A DNA stretch of 64,000 nucleotides from Candidatus Dormiibacterota bacterium (lineage in GTDB: Bacteria > Chloroflexota > Dormibacteria > Aeolococcales > Aeolococcaceae). Position numbers and translations under genes: made by a program. Under the pieces are notes generated by a model. That model did no database searches. It saw only the letters and a program-made list of their open reading frames with translations, and had not been told where the DNA came from. Each line of letters begins with the position of its first letter. Position 1 is the stretch's first letter. Shown piece after piece: positions 59,402 through 64,000 of the stretch. The DNA lies in the NCBI GenBank assembly GCA_963718525.1, contig OY970355.1:1888001-1952000 (forward strand), given 5' to 3'.

Positions 59402-60529
59402 CTAGTAGATGAAGGCCTCGACGTCGTAGAGCGACCCGATGTGGCGCTGATCGACGACCCCCAGACCGAGCATGTTCGCCTCATCGACGGTGAAGCTCGA
59501 CGATCCCTGCACGGCGACAACGTATGCCACATGGCCGAACTGGCTGTAGCCGTTGCCCGGTCCGAACACCACAAGACTGCCGACCCGCGGTGTCCTGCCC
59601 TCGGGTCGCCCGGCGAGCCGTGCGGTGTACGCCCATTCCCACGCGTTCCCACTCCAGTAGACATTGCGCAACGACGCCACGTACCAGGTGCACTGTCCCC
59701 ACGGATAGTCGTCGAGACGTGGACCGAAGGCGAACGGCCGCAACGCATTCCCGAGCACGTGCGCGGCCCCGGCGCCCGCTGCTGCAGCTGCCGCAGCGGC
59801 CGCGGCCTCCTGTTCGCGACGCACCTCGACGATCTTCGACCGCACGCCCTGGAGTTCCGCCAGCAGCGTGGCCGCCTTGCCCTTCAGCGACGACGCCTGC
59901 TGTCGATAGGTCAGCTCCTCGCTCGTCTGCTGCGCGGCGAGGGTCTGGAGATTGGCGACCAGCGCGTTCGCATGCTGCTGGTCCCGTTGTTGTTGGGTCT
60001 GCAGCCTGTCGAGCTGGTCTCGCTTTCCCTGGATCTGCGTCACCAACTGCCGCACGCGCGTGCTCACCTGATCGGCGCTCGTGAGCGCATCCATCGCGTC
60101 GATGAAGCTCTTGCTGTCCACGAGAATCGCGGTGACCGATCCGTCGTCGGTCAGTTCGTACACATGCTTGAGAATCTGGGCGAGATCGGCCTGGTCGGCT
60201 GTGTATTGACTGTGGACGATCTGCAGTTGCGCACTCGTGTTCGCGAGATTCTTGTTCGCCTGATCGAGCTCCAGCTGCGCCTGCCCAAGTTGCGCCTGCG
60301 TGTTCGCGATGGCCTGCGCGGATGCGAGCGCATTCCCGAGCGCGGCCGAACTCGCAGTGCTCAGCGATGCGATTGCATGGCTCAGCGCACTCGCCTGGGC
60401 CGAGAGCGACTGGATCTGCTGGGTGAACTGATCAGCTAGGACGTTACCCTGACTGAACGGCGAGCCGGCCACCAGCAGTGCGATCGCGCCGGCCGAGGCG
60501 ACGAGGGACACGCGGCGAGCGAGCAACAA
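59402..60529 (-). CDS. Second secreted coiled-coil plus CHAP-domain peptidoglycan hydrolase
   Basis: Signal peptide, Q-rich coiled coil, poly-Ala linker, YPWGQCTWY, GNAWEW, GHVAYV and DEAN. Confidence 0.9.
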   Translation of the reverse strand: MLLARRVSLVASAGAIALLVAGSPFSQGNVLADQFTQQIQSLSAQASALSHAIASLSTASSAALGNALASAQAIANTQAQLGQAQLELDQANKNLANTSAQLQIVHSQYTADQADLAQILKHVYELTDDGSVTAILVDSKSFIDAMDALTSADQVSTRVRQLVTQIQGKRDQLDRLQTQQQRDQQHANALVANLQTLAAQQTSEELTYRQQASSLKGKAATLLAELQGVRSKIVEVRREQEAAAAAAAAAAGAGAAHVLGNALRPFAFGPRLDDYPWGQCTWYVASLRNVYWSGNAWEWAYTARLAGRPEGRTPRVGSLVVFGPGNGYSQFGHVAYVVAVQGSSSFTVDEANMLGLGVVDQRHIGSLYDVEAFIY

Positions 60530-60573
60530 CGGCCTCCGTGAGCTGGACGCGAACTGGATCGAAACGGTCCCCG

Positions 60574-60602
60574 ACCGTAACAGGCATCCTCCGAACGGTC
60601 AA
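60574..60602 (-). promoter_or_regulatory. Housekeeping-sigma promoter of the second CHAP gene
   Basis: TTGACC, 17-nt spacer, TACGGT with an extended TG on the minus strand. Confidence 0.6.
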
Positions 60603-60707
60603 CCCCATTGCGACGCTTTTGTCGATTGCACGCGCCCAACATCGCAACCACCGGACACTTCAGACGTTCCAGTCGCGTCGCGACAGCGCGATACACTGAT
60701 GATTCGC

Positions 60708-60923
60708 ATGGACATCGCAGGGCATCTCCCCGAGCTGATCATCGTTTTCGTGGTAGTCCTGATCATCTGGGGACCCGGGAAGCTTCCCGACCTGGGCGCT
60801 GCGCTTGGACGCGGCATCCGCGAGTTCCGGAAAGCTTCGGCCGAAACCCGTGACGCGGTGCGTCGCGCGACGGACACCCCGGATGACCCGGGCCCGGGAC
60901 CACCGGACTCCCAGGCGGGCTGA
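60708..60923 (+). CDS. tatA: Twin-arginine translocase TatA/TatE subunit
   Basis: PELIIVFVVVLIIWGPGKLPDLG..LGRGIREFRK. Confidence 0.92.
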   Translation: MDIAGHLPELIIVFVVVLIIWGPGKLPDLGAALGRGIREFRKASAETRDAVRRATDTPDDPGPGPPDSQAG

Positions 60924-60934
60924 GGAACCCCGCG

Positions 60935-61321
60935 TCAGTTGGGCGCAGCGGCCTCCACGGCGCCGAAGGCCTCCTCGCGGCTTCGGTAGTCATCGATGCG
61001 CACGATCCGGCCGTCGCGGACCTTGAACACCATGAAGATCTCCCCGTTCAGAAACGGGATCTCGCGAAATCGTGGCCCCGCGATGCCGACCACGACGCTC
61101 TCGCCGGCCGCGTTGAGCTCGAGGTGCTCGATGCCGGTATCGCCGCCGTCGAGGGAGGCGCGCATGCGGTCAACAACCGCGCCCCGTCCGTTGCACAGGA
61201 GCTCGGGCAGAACCCCCTGGTGGACCACGTCGGGATCGAGGCTGGCGGCGACGGCGTCGACGTCTCTGCGGCGCCTGGCGTGGAAGTGGTCGAAGACCGT
61301 CGTCATCGCTGCGTCGGTCAT
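60935..61321 (-). CDS. SnoaL/NTF2-like protein
   Basis: D.DAV...LDPDVV and VFKVRDGRIV..DDY. RBS AAGGAG. Confidence 0.8.
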   Translation of the reverse strand: MTDAAMTTVFDHFHARRRRDVDAVAASLDPDVVHQGVLPELLCNGRGAVVDRMRASLDGGDTGIEHLELNAAGESVVVGIAGPRFREIPFLNGEIFMVFKVRDGRIVRIDDYRSREEAFGAVEAAAPN

Positions 61322-61428
61322 CTCGATCTCCTTCATCACCGGCTGCGGCTTTCCCGGTCGACTAGTATCGAGCCCAGGCGTGCCAATGAAAGCGAACAGA
61401 AAGGCCCGACCGTGCACCATGGTGACTG

Positions 61429-62391
61429 ATGAACGATGACCGCTGGGCATTTCCACCCCAGCCGCCGGCATGGCCGCCCGCACCTTCGACGGCGCCACCG
61501 CGGCGCAACTCGCGAACGCTTGCAGCCGTGGCCCTGTTCGCGACCACCGGGCTCGTCGCCGCAGCGATTGGCGTCGGTGGCGTGCTCCTGGTGCGCCATC
61601 TCCAGGGCACTTCGTCGGCCACGAACGGACCGACGGCCGCTCCCGGGTCCAGTGCTGGAGCCGCCCAGGCCAGGGCGCTCTACGCTCAAGCGATCGCCGC
61701 AACTCGAGCCACGGCGGGTTTCCACTACGTGGCCGTCTCCAGCGGAGGCTCTTCCCAGACCATCGTGGGGGACGCCGGCCAGTCGGGCGGACGTCAGACC
61801 ATCACCTTGGCCTCGAGCTACGGCACGGAGCAGTTCACCCTGCTGCTGGTCAACGGCACTGTCTACTTCCAGGGCAACACGCCGGCTGTCGAGGACCAGC
61901 TCGGAGTGTCGGCGGCGACAGCCCCGAACTTTGCGAACAAGGTGATCTCGGTCGTGCAGGGCGACGGTCCATACACGGTGCTCCAGCCAGGGATCACCAC
62001 CTCGAGCCAGGCCGGCGAAATGGCCTTGACGCCACAGTCGAGCGCCAGGGTGACGGCCCCGGGGGGCGTCGCCGCCACGCGGATCTCTGGAATCGTCCCG
62101 CCAATCAATGGGCTTCCGGCGGGAACGGGATCACTTGACATCGCCCCGAGCTCTGACTTGCCGATCACCTACACGTCGAGGGTGGCCGCAAATACGGCGT
62201 CCGGGAGTGTTGTGTTGACGTTCACCACGAACTTCAGCGCCTGGGGGACTGCCCCTTCGGTCACTGCACCGAGCGGAGCAACCGCGTGGTCAACTCTGAC
62301 CACGGCGCAACCTCCGGGCGGGTATGGTTCCGGCGCGACGCCGGCTGCCGCGCCGACGGCGTCGCCCAGCGCAACGCCCGGCGCGATCTAA
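61429..62391 (+). CDS. Membrane-anchored extracellular Ser/Thr/Ala-rich protein, possibly LolA/LppX-like fold
   Basis: Pro-rich N-terminus, single TM, beta-rich body ending FSAWG...VTAP, and a Pro/Thr-rich tail. Confidence 0.6.
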   Translation: MNDDRWAFPPQPPAWPPAPSTAPPRRNSRTLAAVALFATTGLVAAAIGVGGVLLVRHLQGTSSATNGPTAAPGSSAGAAQARALYAQAIAATRATAGFHYVAVSSGGSSQTIVGDAGQSGGRQTITLASSYGTEQFTLLLVNGTVYFQGNTPAVEDQLGVSAATAPNFANKVISVVQGDGPYTVLQPGITTSSQAGEMALTPQSSARVTAPGGVAATRISGIVPPINGLPAGTGSLDIAPSSDLPITYTSRVAANTASGSVVLTFTTNFSAWGTAPSVTAPSGATAWSTLTTAQPPGGYGSGATPAAAPTASPSATPGAI

Positions 62392-62415
62392 CCGGCGTCC
62401 GTCACGCCGCGAGAC

Positions 62416-62616
62416 TCACTGCACGAAGCGTTCGGCGATGAGGTCCTCGAGGACTGCGCGACCGATCTCGGCGGCGTCCTTATCCTTGACGGCGTGGGGA
62501 TCGAGGTCGGGGAAGAAGTGCGCGACCTCGGCCGGATCCTCATTGATCAGCCAGCGGATGAATGCGTGACCGAACTCGGCCGCCTGCAAATCGGTCAGCT
62601 CCTCGATCTTTGCCAT
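62416..62616 (-). CDS. Small hypothetical protein (66 aa)
   Basis: MAKIEELTDL... with an AGGAG RBS and GC3-rich codons. Confidence 0.65.
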   Translation of the reverse strand: MAKIEELTDLQAAEFGHAFIRWLINEDPAEVAHFFPDLDPHAVKDKDAAEIGRAVLEDLIAERFVQ

Positions 62617-62999
62617 CTGCGCTCTCCTCGCTCGATGCTCGCTGCGACCAATCTGGCCTGTCGCGGGATTATGCCGCGTTCGTACCGGACTGGATGGAGA
62701 AGGTATGGCCGCCAGGAGCAGGAGGGGGAGAGACGCTCCAGCGGCGGCCATACCTGTCAGGTCGTGGAGCTCGCGCGCGGCTCCGTCGGGCTCGAGGACT
62801 CTGCCAGGCAGATCGACGTCATGCGAGAGTGGGGGAACGCACTCCGCCATGTCCTCGAGACATCGAGCTTGGAACGCGCTCACCACGGTGTCGGTCCGCG
62901 ACCGCACACAACCGGGGTTCGGCGGCGGCTTGCTCGAATCACCGAAGAACGGGCCGCGCCCGACTGCATGAATCCATCGCGCGAGCGCAGAGTGGAAGC

Positions 63000-63893
63000 A
63001 TGGGCGCCAGGAAATGGTCCGAGGTGGATCTCCCCGACATGACCGGCCGAACCGTCATCGTGACCGGGGCTTCGAGCGGCCTGGGTGCGGTGACCACTGC
63101 GGAGCTGGCGCGAGCCGGCGCGCGTGTGGTCCTTGCGGTTCGCAATGTCGCGAAAGGTGAAGAGGTCGCACGCCACGCAGAGGGCTCGACAGAGGTCCGG
63201 GAGCTGGACCTCAGCGACCTGGCGTCGATACGCGCATTCGCCGCAGCATGGAGCGGCGAGCTCGATGTCCTCATCAACAACGCCGGCATCATGATGGTGC
63301 CGCAGGGCAGGACCGCCGACGGATTCGAGCTCCAGATCGGCACCAACCACCTCGGCCACTTTGCGCTGACCAACCTGCTGCTGCCGCACGTCACCGATCG
63401 AGTGGTGACGGTCTCCTCGCAGCTCCACCGAAATGGTCGCGTCGATGTCGACGATCTCAACTGGGAGCGGCGGCCCTACAACCGGGATCGCGCGTACGCG
63501 GACTCGAAACAGGCGAACCTGCTCTTCACGCTGGAACTGCAGCGACGCCTCGAAGCCGCGGGCAGCGCTGTGCGAGCCGTGTCAGCCCATCCCGGGATCA
63601 CGAAGACGAACCTTGCGTCTCACCTCAGCGGCTTCCGTGGCATGGTCGCGCAGATCGGCATCAGCGTTGTTGCCCAGGACGCCGAGCACGGTGCTCTGCC
63701 AACTCTGTACGCCGCCACACATGACATTCCCGGCAACACATACGTCGGGCCGGATGGGATCGGCCAGGTCCGTGGAGCACCGGTGGTATCAGCGCCGTCA
63801 AAGAGCTCGCAGGATCCCGATCTCGCCGCACGTCTCTGGGCGCGCTCGGCTCAGCTCACCGGCGTCGACTTCCCGGCGCGGGTTGCTGCCTGA
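63000..63893 (+). CDS. Short-chain dehydrogenase/reductase (retinol dehydrogenase-like)
   Basis: TGASSGLG, LINNAG, NHLGHF, YADSK and AHPG. Confidence 0.92.
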   Translation: MGARKWSEVDLPDMTGRTVIVTGASSGLGAVTTAELARAGARVVLAVRNVAKGEEVARHAEGSTEVRELDLSDLASIRAFAAAWSGELDVLINNAGIMMVPQGRTADGFELQIGTNHLGHFALTNLLLPHVTDRVVTVSSQLHRNGRVDVDDLNWERRPYNRDRAYADSKQANLLFTLELQRRLEAAGSAVRAVSAHPGITKTNLASHLSGFRGMVAQIGISVVAQDAEHGALPTLYAATHDIPGNTYVGPDGIGQVRGAPVVSAPSKSSQDPDLAARLWARSAQLTGVDFPARVAA

Positions 63894-63965
63894 GCGCTCC
63901 TATAGTTGACCCCCGGCCGGTCAGTGCCGGCCGCAGGTGCACAACGCAACGATGAGGAGACCGAG

Positions 63966-64000
63966 GTGACACGAGCAGCGCATCTCGTGGGCAGCATGCC
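63966..64000 (+). CDS. Start of a gene running off the window (MTRAAHLVGSM...)
   Basis: GTG preceded by GAGGAG. HLVGS resembles the N-terminus of cobalamin-independent methionine synthase-like proteins, but only 11 codons are visible. Confidence 0.4.
   Translation, partial: MTRAAHLVGSM

Noticed and set aside
59765-59810. GCN-rich repeat-like run
   Set aside because: It encodes the poly-Ala linker of the CHAP protein and is not an independent repeat element.
63894-63965. Possible SAM/SAH riboswitch before the last partial gene
   Set aside because: Only a simple CGGCCGG/CCGGCCG hairpin is visible, with no consensus elements.

Overview
High-GC bacterial chromosomal window with about 65 densely packed, mostly housekeeping genes. 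No rRNA, tRNA, CRISPR array, integrase or transposase was recognised. Gene content and order (whiA, uvrC-rapZ-whiA-gap-pgk-tpiA-gpmI, DtxR box, CIRCE, PcsB-like CHAP hydrolases, ChdC-like protein, tandem ThyX) point to a monoderm Terrabacteria lineage; Ca. Dormibacterota/Chloroflexota-like is a tentative inference only. Top observations: (1) a UDP-sulfoquinovose synthase placed with a polyprenol-phosphate GT2, two GT-C-like membrane proteins, a flippase-like protein and an epimerase, with no sqdX/sqdD in the window, which suggests extracytoplasmic sulfoquinovose glycosylation; (2) an AsnB-type amidotransferase fused to a CofE-like ligase domain and coupled to alanine racemase and a nitrilase-family enzyme; (3) all seven apparent frameshifts and one motif-breaking substitution fall on GACTC/GAGTC, consistent with systematic sequencing error at a modified DNA motif rather than true pseudogenes; (4) probable CTG starts overlapping upstream TGA stops, and widespread leaderless promoter geometry; (5) a structured leader upstream of a CHAP hydrolase. 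All calls come from motif recognition by eye; no database searches were run.
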